A stretch of DNA of 28,568 nucleotides, from IMG/VR virus record IMGVR_UViG_3300033075_001761; one strand, 5' to 3'. A program made the position numbers and the translations under genes. This stretch comes from a virus. Lineage: Duplodnaviria; Heunggongvirae; Uroviricota; Caudoviricetes. Positions within the stretch are counted from its first letter, which is position 1. Every line of letters starts with the position of its first letter. The notes beneath the pieces were generated by a model. It worked only from the letters and a program-made list of their open reading frames with translations. It was not told where the DNA came from and did not search any database. This document shows, piece after piece, positions 9,283 to 17,691 of this stretch.

Positions 9283-10023
9283 ATGAAAATAGCGTTGACT
9301 TCAGATCTGCACAGAGGTTTTACGCAAAAAACTCATATGATTCACAATACTTTTTTTAAGAAATTAGAAGAAGATAAGTCATGGGATGTTTTGTTGATTG
9401 CTGGAGATTTGGCAACAACTAAGCCAGAGCAAGTTGAAAGTCTTTTAAAAGCCATTAGAAATATCACATCAAGAGATATTGCTATAACACTTGGCAATCA
9501 CGACCATTGGGCCGAAAGTAAAGATAGAAAAAGTGTAGATTTGGTTATTCAATTGAAGACTATTCAAGGATACATAGAAAAATACAATTGCCATTATTTA
9601 TCAGGGAATCCTTACATAAAGGGAGATGTGGCTATTATTGGATGGGATGGATGGTACACACATGCGCCATACGTAAGAGGAACAAGAGACCATGAGATGA
9701 TGCCGTATTTTACAGAGGGCATAGAAACGGAAAGATGGCTTATAAAAAACGCTTATAAAGATGAATGTAGAGTTCTAGAAGAGATTACTTTGCACTGTGA
9801 TAAGAAAATCGTTCTTGTAAGCCATATGCCCATCATTAGTATTCCAAGCATAAGGCATGTAGGGACTGATATTCCTGTGCTTTGGGATGAGGTTAAAAAT
9901 AAGATTAAAGCCTACTGCTATGGGCACGTTCATAGAAAGAACGAAGAGATTCGGGATGGGGTAAGAGTTTATTCGGCAGATGTGGATTACGATAGGCCAG
10001 GAGCTATGTTTTTTGAAATTTAA
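9283..10023 (+). CDS. Calcineurin-like metallophosphoesterase
   Basis: Ordered motifs SDLH, AGD, GNHD, SH, GHVH. Confidence 0.9.
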   Translation: MKIALTSDLHRGFTQKTHMIHNTFFKKLEEDKSWDVLLIAGDLATTKPEQVESLLKAIRNITSRDIAITLGNHDHWAESKDRKSVDLVIQLKTIQGYIEKYNCHYLSGNPYIKGDVAIIGWDGWYTHAPYVRGTRDHEMMPYFTEGIETERWLIKNAYKDECRVLEEITLHCDKKIVLVSHMPIISIPSIRHVGTDIPVLWDEVKNKIKAYCYGHVHRKNEEIRDGVRVYSADVDYDRPGAMFFEI

Positions 10024-10814
10024 GACTCTTCTACGATACGTGTTTTTTTAATTAGTGGCTTCCCGTCAGGACCTTTGTCATGTTCTGTTACCCACGTAAA
10101 TCCCTTAATCACATATGCACCAGCACGATCTTTTCCGATACCGTCAGTTTTTCTCCAATGTCCACGAACCATCCATCGATGTGACCAATCAATCTCTTTT
10201 TTAATCTCCTGCGTATATTTTTCTCGATTTTTCTTTGGAGTTACATGAACAATTCTACGAATATTAAACCCAGAATTCACGCCAGTTCCTGTTTTAATTC
10301 TTTTTTTAACGAACTCTGTTCCAATTTCTTCTGTGTTAATTCTTTTAATAAATTCTTTTACATGCGCATGAAGATCGGCTTCTAAAATCACATAATTACT
10401 AGAGTTTTCAAATCGAGATAATGCAAAAGTTCTGAATTTTTTTGGATCTTCTGTTTCAAAACAAAAAATACAGTCGATATAAACAGGCGGTTCGTCTTTT
10501 AATGAAAGGTCATTAGGGTCTCTTCTAGGAGATGTAAGTGGACCATTTAACATTTCTATTGAAAAACATTTAAATGGAGCATCAAGTTCATTATCAAGCA
10601 TGATGACTTCCAATGCTCTTGTCTCTTCGTTTTTTTCAGAGAATACAAATATTTCTGATTCTTTTGCTTGCTTGATTAAATTTTTGGCGCTTATGTGCTT
10701 TCTTTCTGTAATACACGTCGAAGAAAGGTAGTGGCGAGCGTCATGAATAGTTTTTTGTATTTGTAGTAATTCAACAAACTTCTCAAAAAACAGTTTTTGC
10801 ATATTTTTATCCAT
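10020..10814 (-). CDS. Hypothetical protein with VRGHWR motif
   Basis: 264-aa ORF with C-terminal HRWMVRGHWRK...FTWVTEHDKGP; overlaps the stop region of the upstream minus-strand gene. Confidence 0.75.
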   Translation of the reverse strand: MDKNMQKLFFEKFVELLQIQKTIHDARHYLSSTCITERKHISAKNLIKQAKESEIFVFSEKNEETRALEVIMLDNELDAPFKCFSIEMLNGPLTSPRRDPNDLSLKDEPPVYIDCIFCFETEDPKKFRTFALSRFENSSNYVILEADLHAHVKEFIKRINTEEIGTEFVKKRIKTGTGVNSGFNIRRIVHVTPKKNREKYTQEIKKEIDWSHRWMVRGHWRKTDGIGKDRAGAYVIKGFTWVTEHDKGPDGKPLIKKTRIVEES

Positions 10815-11085
10815 ACCATTCGTTTACAGCGTTGCTAAATATTCCATTTTTGCATCGGTAGCACTTACCGCGATCACGATGACGATATTGTTCGATGAAA
10901 CCAGCGACACAGCATGGGCATGCACCACCAAATTTATAATGAATATTTCTTGATTTTAAATCTTCCATTTTTATATATGCATGTTCGTCACAAAAATATG
11001 ATGCTCGTGTGCCGAGATTTTTCCTTTTCCACCAACCAATTTGAGTTGATATATTTTCACATTCTTTATGAGCACATTTTTTCAT
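10807..11085 (-). CDS. Small Cys-rich putative zinc-binding protein
   Basis: CAHKEC, FCDEH, CPCC and CYRC clusters in 92 aa. Confidence 0.7.
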   Translation of the reverse strand: MKKCAHKECENISTQIGWWKRKNLGTRASYFCDEHAYIKMEDLKSRNIHYKFGGACPCCVAGFIEQYRHRDRGKCYRCKNGIFSNAVNEWYG

Positions 11086-11132
11086 TTGCCACTCCCTGAT
11101 GATCTCTTATTGTATGGATTTTTCATACTCAT
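11082..11132 (-). CDS. 16-aa ORF MSMKNPYNKRSSGSGK (below track threshold)
   Basis: AGGAGG SD six bases before ATG; its TGA overlaps the ATG of the 10807-11085 gene (ATGA). Confidence 0.4.
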   Translation of the reverse strand: MSMKNPYNKRSSGSGK

Positions 11133-11253
11133 ATAAACCTCCTGTTCTAATAGCTATCGGCTGAAATATAGGTTTATCAAATAAAAAATGACGTAGTTTG
11201 TTATGCGCCCAGAATCATTAATGTATTCTTTGAATACTGATATGGAGGTTTGT

Positions 11254-11502
11254 GTGGAAAAAAATATCAATAACATCATAAAGTTTCCAGTAAAGAAAAA
11301 GTACGATGAAAAACAGACTCTTATGCTTGAGTTCTCTAATCGATTAGACAAAGAGGTTATTAGGGCTATGTTTGATCTTAAGCTAAGCCCTGAAGAGGTT
11401 GTGGCTATTTTGGCCAATAGGACAAGGGAAGCGGCTAATTCTTGTCTAGAGATTGAACGGATAAAAGAGTTTGCCGTTCGGCATATTCAGAAAGCTGGAT
11501 AG
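11254..11502 (+). CDS. Hypothetical protein (82 aa)
   Basis: GGAGG SD before GTG 11254 (track starts at 11203). 3' end overlaps the convergent ORF by 68 nt. Confidence 0.6.
   Translation: MEKNINNIIKFPVKKKYDEKQTLMLEFSNRLDKEVIRAMFDLKLSPEEVVAILANRTREAANSCLEIERIKEFAVRHIQKAG
11334..11349. repeat. Palindrome copy 3: CTCTAA-TCGA-TTAGAC
   Basis: One mismatch to consensus; inside the 11254-11502 ORF. Confidence 0.65.
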
Positions 11503-11950
11503 ACCTAGTGGATAAATAGGTTTCATAAAGAAATTTAGCCCATGCATGGCTTATTCTAAAATGGAAATAAGATTTTTCTGTTCTGTAAATAACTTCTAAA
11601 TAATATTGATTGGGTTCTTTGTTTCTTTTTTTTATAGGGCATTGGTAAATCGACATGTCATGAATTTTTAGATTAGACATATTTAAAACAGGTTCTCTTT
11701 GATCGATTGTGAACTGAATTTCATGATTGTTCTGATAATCTTTAAATTCTTTTTTAAAAGATCTTACGGAGAAGTCGAAGATTGTGTTTGCCAGGTTATC
11801 TATAAAGCAAAGATCCATTAAATATTTGCAGTCTTCTGGATTTATTTTGCCGAAGTGGTCTTCTATATTTATGAGTGTTTTTATAACAATATTGTTACCA
11901 CTCAAAGTGAGGAGTTCCTTCGTGTTTTGCGTTATCAGAAATTTCAGCAA
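11435..11950 (-). CDS. Hypothetical protein
   Basis: 171-codon ORF downstream of the IMPDH/GMPR gene; true start may be TTG 11905 (AAGGA upstream). Confidence 0.55.
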   Translation of the reverse strand: MLKFLITQNTKELLTLSGNNIVIKTLINIEDHFGKINPEDCKYLMDLCFIDNLANTIFDFSVRSFKKEFKDYQNNHEIQFTIDQREPVLNMSNLKIHDMSIYQCPIKKRNKEPNQYYLEVIYRTEKSYFHFRISHAWAKFLYETYLSTRSIQLSEYAERQTLLSVQSLDKN

Positions 11951-12884
11951 ACCTAGCTAGAACTTTAAATTCACGAAGGTTGCTGGCTCCTACGTAAGTG
12001 CATGCAGAGCGTATTGCTCCTTCAATTTCCTGAATGGCAACACTAAGATCTTTTAAATCTTTTCTTTTTGTAGAGTGAATTCCTTCATGGGTTTTATAGG
12101 TAGGAATTTTTGAGTTTTGCATTATAGAAGCGGAACCATAAAACATATCTTGATTGGCAGAAGCATTTGTTTTAGCGAGCATCCCACCAAGCATAACGAT
12201 ATCGGCATAAACAAGAGCCTTTGTAATATCTGCCGTTGTTTTGTGGCCGCCATCGCTTATTAGGTTTTTCTTGATTCCATATACATCAAAGAGATCTCTG
12301 GTTGCTTGGAGAAGATGGAATTGAGGGATTCCTACGCCAGTAACAGTTCTTGTTTGACAGACAGAGCCAGAACCAATTCCGAGCTTGATGTGTGTAATTT
12401 TTTCTTTATGAGAGCTGTTTAAGGATTGTAAGAATTCAAGGACAGAGCCAGGATCTCCAAAATTCCCAATCCACCAATTAAATTCAGGGAATTCCATCAT
12501 CATTGCTGAAAGCTTGTTAGCAATCCAAAGCTGGGCACAATGTGCTACATCTAAACACACGGTTTTTAGCTTAAATTCTCTTGCAAGTTCTAAAGCCCAT
12601 CTGTCATTGATTCCTATGGACTGGACAACGTTTGTTTGGAAGTTTGGTTGTTTAGAGCAATATTCTAAAATCATTCTTGCACCTTCTTTATAAAAGCGCG
12701 GTATACAAGCGAATGCACCATTTTTAATCATTCCAAGAGCCATATCTTCCCCAGTAACAGACTCCATATTGGCTGAAACAATAGGAAGTCCATCCAGAAC
12801 TACATCATTTCTTGATTTTAAGGATGCGTTTCTATTGAAGTTTGGAAGGATTAAAACGTCATCAAATGTAAGAAGTTTGTCCAT
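11895..12884 (-). CDS. IMP dehydrogenase / GMP reductase family enzyme, no CBS domains
   Basis: LTFDDVLILP, PIVSANM, LDVAH, catalytic loop KLGIGSGSVCQTR, ISDGG, VMLGGMLA, FYGSAS, IRSACTYVGA. ATG 12884 has a GGAG SD. Cannot distinguish GuaB from GuaC by eye. Confidence 0.9.
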   Translation of the reverse strand: MDKLLTFDDVLILPNFNRNASLKSRNDVVLDGLPIVSANMESVTGEDMALGMIKNGAFACIPRFYKEGARMILEYCSKQPNFQTNVVQSIGINDRWALELAREFKLKTVCLDVAHCAQLWIANKLSAMMMEFPEFNWWIGNFGDPGSVLEFLQSLNSSHKEKITHIKLGIGSGSVCQTRTVTGVGIPQFHLLQATRDLFDVYGIKKNLISDGGHKTTADITKALVYADIVMLGGMLAKTNASANQDMFYGSASIMQNSKIPTYKTHEGIHSTKRKDLKDLSVAIQEIEGAIRSACTYVGASNLREFKVLARFAEISDNAKHEGTPHFEW

Positions 12885-12998
12885 TTTTGCTCCATGTTGT
12901 TTTTTGGCTTTTGGCACAAAATTATTTTTATTGGAAGAGTGTTTTTGTTTTTCAAAGGCATTAGTCCATAATGAACAAATACAAAAACTAGGTGAAAA

Positions 12999-15392
12999 AT
13001 GAGCTATAGACTTCGCTGGTTGGAAGAAGACTTTAAAACTGCTGCAAAAAAGTTTCAGGATCAAGGGATTTCAAAGGAAGATGTTGAACAGTATTTTGCA
13101 GACTTTAAATCTTTAAAAAATCAAAAAATACAAAGGCCAGAAGATAAAGACATTGATCAATGGGCAAAGAAGCCATGGGAAGAGTTTAAAGAATTTATAG
13201 ATTCCTTAAAAACGGCTGTGACTAAGACTCATGCAAAGAGGATGGTTAAGGCCGAAGGCGCTGAATTGGTTGCAGAAGACCCAAATTGGTATGTTTACAA
13301 AATAACAACGCATAAAGCATGCATGACTTATGGATCGGGGACTAAATGGTGCATAACAACTCCCGGCGGAGAACGATGGGAGCAATATGCTCAAAAAAAC
13401 AATTTCTATTTCATAATAAGCAAAATTCTTCCAGAAGAAGACCCATGGCATAAGATTGCCCTACAGTATGGATTAGATGGAACTGCAACATATTGGGACG
13501 CAGAAGATCGTGAGCATAAAGAAATACCAAGCCATTTAAACCCACCAAAATTTAAACCAGGGATTCCTAAAAGGGATTTGTACGTAAATGGGAAAATTAC
13601 TACGGTTGAAGAAATAGAAAATTCCAAAAGTTTAATCGTAAAAGGTGATTTAGATTTAACTGGAAGGCATATCTCTAAGCTGCCTAAAATGCTTGAAGTA
13701 GAGCGAGATCTTATTTTGTCTGGAACAAACGTAACAGAGCTGCCAGAAAACTTATCTGTTGGAGAAGATCTTCGTTTAGAAAATTCTAAAGTTATTTCTT
13801 TGCCTAAAGGGCTTGAGGTTGGAGGAAATCTTTTTTTAGAGAATTCTAAAATTACTTCACTTCCAAAAGATTTGGTTGTTGGTATGAGAATATCTCTTGG
13901 CAATAGCGGCATAACAACATTTCCAGAAGGATTTGAAGTTATGGATGGGCTTTCACTCTCTTATACAAACATAACATCTTTGCCAAAGAACTTTTCTGTA
14001 GGAAGAGACTTGGATTTAAGTAATTCAAAAGTAGAAAAGCTTCCTGAAGGATTGCACGTAGAAGGAAGTCTATATCTTGACGATTCTTTGATTAAAGAAT
14101 TTCCACAGAAAATGAATGTTAATATGAGTGTTTTTTTAGGCGATATAAATATTCCATCAATACCAAAGGGAGTTACAGTTGGCGGAACAATTAGAGGTTC
14201 TGTAGGAGGGGTCGTTGCTAGGCATGCTACAGAGTCCAAGGAAGACCTGTATAAAAAGTATACATCATATGTACAAAAAATAGACGATCTAAAGAAACTG
14301 TCAACGAAATGGTCTGATATATCCGAACAAAACAATGGAAAATCTGGTTTAGTTTTTGCTAGGAAATCCGACAAGGAATTAGGAGAATCAAAATGGACTT
14401 CAAAAACGTTAAAGAATTTATTGATTACTGCTGGTCAGAGCAAGGGATTTTTGAATCCAGAAAGTCCGTTTATGAAGAGGTGCAAAGATCACCAGATAAA
14501 TTTATTAAAGTATTCGGAGAAGATGGTTTTAGAAGATACAAAATTGAACTTGAAGGACATTTGGGTATTAAATCTTCTGAAGGCGAAGAGGAAGGTTCAC
14601 AGTCTTTATCAGCAAGCAAATAGCATTGAAGATAGTTCATATTCAGAAATGCAATCTTTTCTTATATCGCCAGAAGCATCAATGGTTGAGCAAATTGGTA
14701 AAGTCGGAAAAGATTCTTGTATTATTAGAGTTAAGCCAAAATCAAGGTCAGAAATAAGACTAATTGTCTCTTGTCTATATGAAGATGGCGTAATTATTTT
14801 GACAGACAGGATGTATCTTTTTGACTACAGAAAAGGAGATTTTTATGATAAAGATTTCTTAAGTTTGCTTGAAAAGAAGTCTTCAAAAAATTCTTCTGAA
14901 ATACAAAGTTTGATTTTTAAAAAAGATAAGTTTTCAAAAGAAAAAGCTAAGAAATGGGCAAAAGAGCATGGGTTTAAAAACTCAAAGGTAGATGAAAAAG
15001 AAGAGACATTTCGTTTAAGACAAAAGAATCCTGGCCAGTACAAAACCATGCGTACTTTTGACATGAAAGACGGTGTTAAGGCCGTCGTTGGTATTAAGGA
15101 GTCAGGCAAAAAGGTTGTGAGTTTATATAAAGATAGGAACATGACTGATGTCCCTATGCCTCGTGGAAATCCATTTTTTAAAACTTTAACAAAGTATAAA
15201 ATGTGTGAAGGTCGAATGTTTTATATTCATAATGAAAGTGGATTATATTTGTGCTGGACAAGGAATCATGGTGGAGAGTATGAAGTTCATACAAGAGTAG
15301 GAAAGCTTGGCATAAATATTGCGGCATGGGAACATGATGGTAATATGAAGCAAAAAGATATTCCTCCAGGGAGGACAGTTGATTTATCCTAA
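12999..15392 (+). CDS. 797-aa multidomain protein with leucine-rich 20-aa repeats
   Basis: N-terminal YGSGTKWCIT region, ~9.5 tandem L.V.G.L.L..T.I..LP repeats, then IQSLIFKKDKFS..KAKKWAKEHGFK domain and a further C-terminal segment. Confidence 0.8.
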   Translation: MSYRLRWLEEDFKTAAKKFQDQGISKEDVEQYFADFKSLKNQKIQRPEDKDIDQWAKKPWEEFKEFIDSLKTAVTKTHAKRMVKAEGAELVAEDPNWYVYKITTHKACMTYGSGTKWCITTPGGERWEQYAQKNNFYFIISKILPEEDPWHKIALQYGLDGTATYWDAEDREHKEIPSHLNPPKFKPGIPKRDLYVNGKITTVEEIENSKSLIVKGDLDLTGRHISKLPKMLEVERDLILSGTNVTELPENLSVGEDLRLENSKVISLPKGLEVGGNLFLENSKITSLPKDLVVGMRISLGNSGITTFPEGFEVMDGLSLSYTNITSLPKNFSVGRDLDLSNSKVEKLPEGLHVEGSLYLDDSLIKEFPQKMNVNMSVFLGDINIPSIPKGVTVGGTIRGSVGGVVARHATESKEDLYKKYTSYVQKIDDLKKLSTKWSDISEQNNGKSGLVFARKSDKELGESKWTSKTLKNLLITAGQSKGFLNPESPFMKRCKDHQINLLKYSEKMVLEDTKLNLKDIWVLNLLKAKRKVHSLYQQANSIEDSSYSEMQSFLISPEASMVEQIGKVGKDSCIIRVKPKSRSEIRLIVSCLYEDGVIILTDRMYLFDYRKGDFYDKDFLSLLEKKSSKNSSEIQSLIFKKDKFSKEKAKKWAKEHGFKNSKVDEKEETFRLRQKNPGQYKTMRTFDMKDGVKAVVGIKESGKKVVSLYKDRNMTDVPMPRGNPFFKTLTKYKMCEGRMFYIHNESGLYLCWTRNHGGEYEVHTRVGKLGINIAAWEHDGNMKQKDIPPGRTVDLS
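13632..14192 (+). repeat. Protein-level tandem repeat, period 20 aa (LRR-like solenoid)
   Basis: LIVKGDLDLTGRHISKLPKM / LEVERDLILSGTNVTELPEN / LSVGEDLRLENSKVISLPKG / LEVGGNLFLENSKITSLPKD and five more full units plus a partial one. Confidence 0.9.
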
Positions 15393-15645
15393 ATACCCAA
15401 AAACATTAAAAGATTTATATTTTGAAGATCAAAAAGTTATAAGTTTTGATTCAAGCAAAGATTTTGTAAGCGAAATTGCAAATGAGTGGAGTTTGTCTAG
15501 TGATTACGGAAGCAAAAGGTCATTAAGACAGGTTCTTGGGCTTGATTTTTCAGAATATGATGACTTGTTGAAAAATCGATTAAGCATTGTTCAATTGTAC
15601 AAAAAGTACACACAAGGAACAGAAAAGTTGGTAAGTAGTAAATAA
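15379..15645 (+). CDS. Hypothetical protein (88 aa)
   Basis: TTG start with GGAGG SD; overlaps upstream stop; its TAA overlaps the next ATG (TAATG). Confidence 0.65.
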   Translation: MIYPKYPKTLKDLYFEDQKVISFDSSKDFVSEIANEWSLSSDYGSKRSLRQVLGLDFSEYDDLLKNRLSIVQLYKKYTQGTEKLVSSK

Positions 15646-15887
15646 TGTTTAAGCGACGAAGCCATGGGTTAACAGCAGAGCATAAATTAAAGCTAAAAGA
15701 AATTTTTGCCTATATGGAAAAACATAAGATCTATAAACATGTAGTTGCTCAACAGCTTGGGTTTAGTCAATCTGCCCTTTCTGGCTGGACTCATTACTAC
15801 TCTCCAAAACTTAAAAGCTTCCAAAAGCTTGAGTCTTGGTACGATGATTACAGGTCAAAATTAGACAAACCTAATCAAGAGGCATAA
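15645..15887 (+). CDS. XRE/Cro-like helix-turn-helix protein
   Basis: IYKHVVAQQLGFSQSALSGW fits the XRE HTH pattern (A..lG.S.s.lS.W); 80 aa, basic. Confidence 0.75.
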   Translation: MFKRRSHGLTAEHKLKLKEIFAYMEKHKIYKHVVAQQLGFSQSALSGWTHYYSPKLKSFQKLESWYDDYRSKLDKPNQEA

Positions 15888-15888
15888 A

Positions 15889-15904
15889 GTCTAATCAATC
15901 AGAC
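15889..15904. repeat. Palindrome copy 4: GTCTAA-TCAA-TCAGAC
   Basis: One mismatch; one base after the HTH gene stop. ATAAAGTCTAATCA..AGACT context matches copy 2 at 20 of 22 bases. Confidence 0.8.
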
Positions 15905-15928
15905 TTTTTGAACTTTTTAGGGGTTTAT

Positions 15929-16087
15929 ATGTCACTCGAAATGAAAGTAGACACTGGTATTTCCGCAGGAAACTTGCAGACAACTCTTCAGTCTTTGGTT
16001 ACAAGTAAGTATCAAATCATCCAGGTTGTATATGATACAGGAACGTCTTCCTACACAATTATTTCTCAAAAAAATAACATCTCTTAA
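15929..16087 (+). CDS. 52-aa hypothetical protein (not in ORF track)
   Basis: AGGGG SD, ATG 15929, reads MSLEMKVDTGISAGNLQTTLQSLVTSKYQIIQVVYDTGTSSYTIISQKNNIS, TAA 16085-16087; co-oriented with neighbours. Confidence 0.65.
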   Translation: MSLEMKVDTGISAGNLQTTLQSLVTSKYQIIQVVYDTGTSSYTIISQKNNIS

Positions 16088-16113
16088 CATTTGCTTTATT
16101 TTTCTGTTATAAA
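16084..16113 (+). promoter_or_regulatory. Possible sigma70-type promoter for the protease gene
   Basis: TTAACA-N18-TATAAA with an extended -10 TGn; AT-rich context, so chance match is possible. Confidence 0.35.
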
Positions 16114-16167
16114 ATAAAGAGATAGTCACGAGCGCATTATGCGAAATGTGACGAACTGGAGCTTGCT

Positions 16168-17580
16168 ATGAATAAAAAACTATTGATTGATACGACTACA
16201 ATTAGGCTTCAGATGACCGAATCTTCTGATAAGAAGTTGAAGGTTAGGGGAGAGTTTGCAAGGGCAGGTGTCCCAACGGCAAATGGAAGAATTTATCCTG
16301 TTTCCATTTGGCAGAAAGAGATTTCAAGGCTTAAGGGAGATCTTGGTTCGCGTAAAATTTATGCAGAACTTGACCATCCTGCCGACCAAAGAACAAAGCT
16401 TGCTAGGGTTTGTGGAGTTATTACAGGATTAGAGATCAACGATGACGGCGTTGTTATTGGAGAAGCTGAAATTATCCAAGGGACACAAAACGGAGCAACA
16501 TTAAAAGCCATTATGGAATCAAATTGTGCCGTTGGAGTTTCTTCACGGGCTGTGGGTTCCGTAAAGCAAGAATCAGGATATGATGTTGTCCAGGAAGATT
16601 TTACTTTGATGACTTTTGACTTTGTTGCCGACCCAGCAAATGTAACGAGTTACCCAGAAATTACAGTTGAATCAAAGGAGAAGACAGTGGCTACTGAATC
16701 CAAAGAAGCACAAATGATGAACTCAGAACCTATTACAACAACAAAGTTGGCTGAAGAAAAAATTGTGATTGTAGCTGATAAAGAAGTTGTTGAAGCTAAA
16801 GTCCGTTTAGAGATTGAACTGCAAGAATCTAAGAAGGTTCAACAAGAGCTTCAAGAAAAGAATGTAGCACTTGAGGGTTCTGTTAAAGAGCTGTCTGAAG
16901 AGAACGAAAAGGTTGTGGCTGGATTTAAAGGACTTGGATTTAGCCTATATTTAGAGCGAAATCTTTCTGGCCATCCAAGGGCTAAAGAAGTCATGGAAAG
17001 CCTAGATTTTTCACAGATCGAAAGCTTGAGCGCCTTAAAGAATGTCGTATCCATGCATATCGTGGATGCTAAGAATTTTGTTGAGCAAAAGAAAATTGAA
17101 GGCGCCATGAACGAAAGCAAGATGCTTTCAAAAATTTCGGATCTAGAAGAAGCCGTTTCTAAAGCTCAAGCCCATTTGGAAGAGGCAAAGGCTTTGTACA
17201 CAAAGAAGATCGTACAAGCGCAAGAAAAGACACAAAGCCTTACAGAGCAATTGGATGCATCCCTTGGAAAGAGTTTCCTTTTGAAAAAAGCTATGTTCCA
17301 TCCAGAGAGCGCAACTCTTCTAGAGAGCTTTGATGCCCTGCCTATTAAGAACAGAGACACGGCTAAATCTTTGTTTGAGAACTTCACGCCAAAAAGCTTT
17401 GATGGCAAAGGAAAGTTTGATCAGGTTCGAGCAAGGCTTGCAAAGAAACAAGCGGCTCCAGCAGATCTTGTTGAGCATAGCCTTGAAAGCACAAAGGCAA
17501 AGACAGAAGAAAAGGAACAAGCTGTTCCAGGAAACACAGATCTGTCTGAATATAAGCGCCTGGCAGGAATTTCTGCATAA
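16168..17580 (+). CDS. gp21: Prohead protease (T4 gp21-like) with C-terminal coiled-coil scaffold-like extension
   Basis: NGRIYP, AELDHP, GVSSRAVGS, DFVADPA (His/Ser/Asp motifs of the gp21 family) in the first ~150 aa; then ~320 aa E/K-rich helical region; directly before the capsid gene. Confidence 0.9.
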   Translation: MNKKLLIDTTTIRLQMTESSDKKLKVRGEFARAGVPTANGRIYPVSIWQKEISRLKGDLGSRKIYAELDHPADQRTKLARVCGVITGLEINDDGVVIGEAEIIQGTQNGATLKAIMESNCAVGVSSRAVGSVKQESGYDVVQEDFTLMTFDFVADPANVTSYPEITVESKEKTVATESKEAQMMNSEPITTTKLAEEKIVIVADKEVVEAKVRLEIELQESKKVQQELQEKNVALEGSVKELSEENEKVVAGFKGLGFSLYLERNLSGHPRAKEVMESLDFSQIESLSALKNVVSMHIVDAKNFVEQKKIEGAMNESKMLSKISDLEEAVSKAQAHLEEAKALYTKKIVQAQEKTQSLTEQLDASLGKSFLLKKAMFHPESATLLESFDALPIKNRDTAKSLFENFTPKSFDGKGKFDQVRARLAKKQAAPADLVEHSLESTKAKTEEKEQAVPGNTDLSEYKRLAGISA

Positions 17581-17582
17581 CA

Positions 17583-17608
17583 AAACCTAACCATAATTGG
17601 TTAGGTTT
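17583..17608. other. Perfect 11-bp inverted repeat between protease and capsid genes
   Basis: AAACCTAACCA-TAAT-TGGTTAGGTTT; terminator, mRNA stabiliser or protein site not distinguishable. Confidence 0.7.
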
Positions 17609-17609
17609 C

Positions 17610-17639
17610 TTGCATTTAAAGCAACAACTCATCTATTAT
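17610..17639 (+). promoter_or_regulatory. Possible sigma70-type promoter for the capsid gene
   Basis: TTGCAT-N18-TATTAT upstream of the GGAGG SD. Confidence 0.35.
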
Positions 17640-17691
17640 AGAATTTAGGGAAGTAGTTTCCCTAAGTTTTATTTATTTTTTGGAGGTTGCT

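Noticed and set aside
13632-14192. DNA-level tandem repeat or diversity-generating target
   Set aside because: Periodicity is at protein level with diverged codons; no reverse transcriptase or template/variable repeat pair seen.
15932-16129. 65-aa minus-strand ORF
   Set aside because: Overlaps a better plus-strand ORF (15929-16087) that has an SD and matches neighbour orientation.
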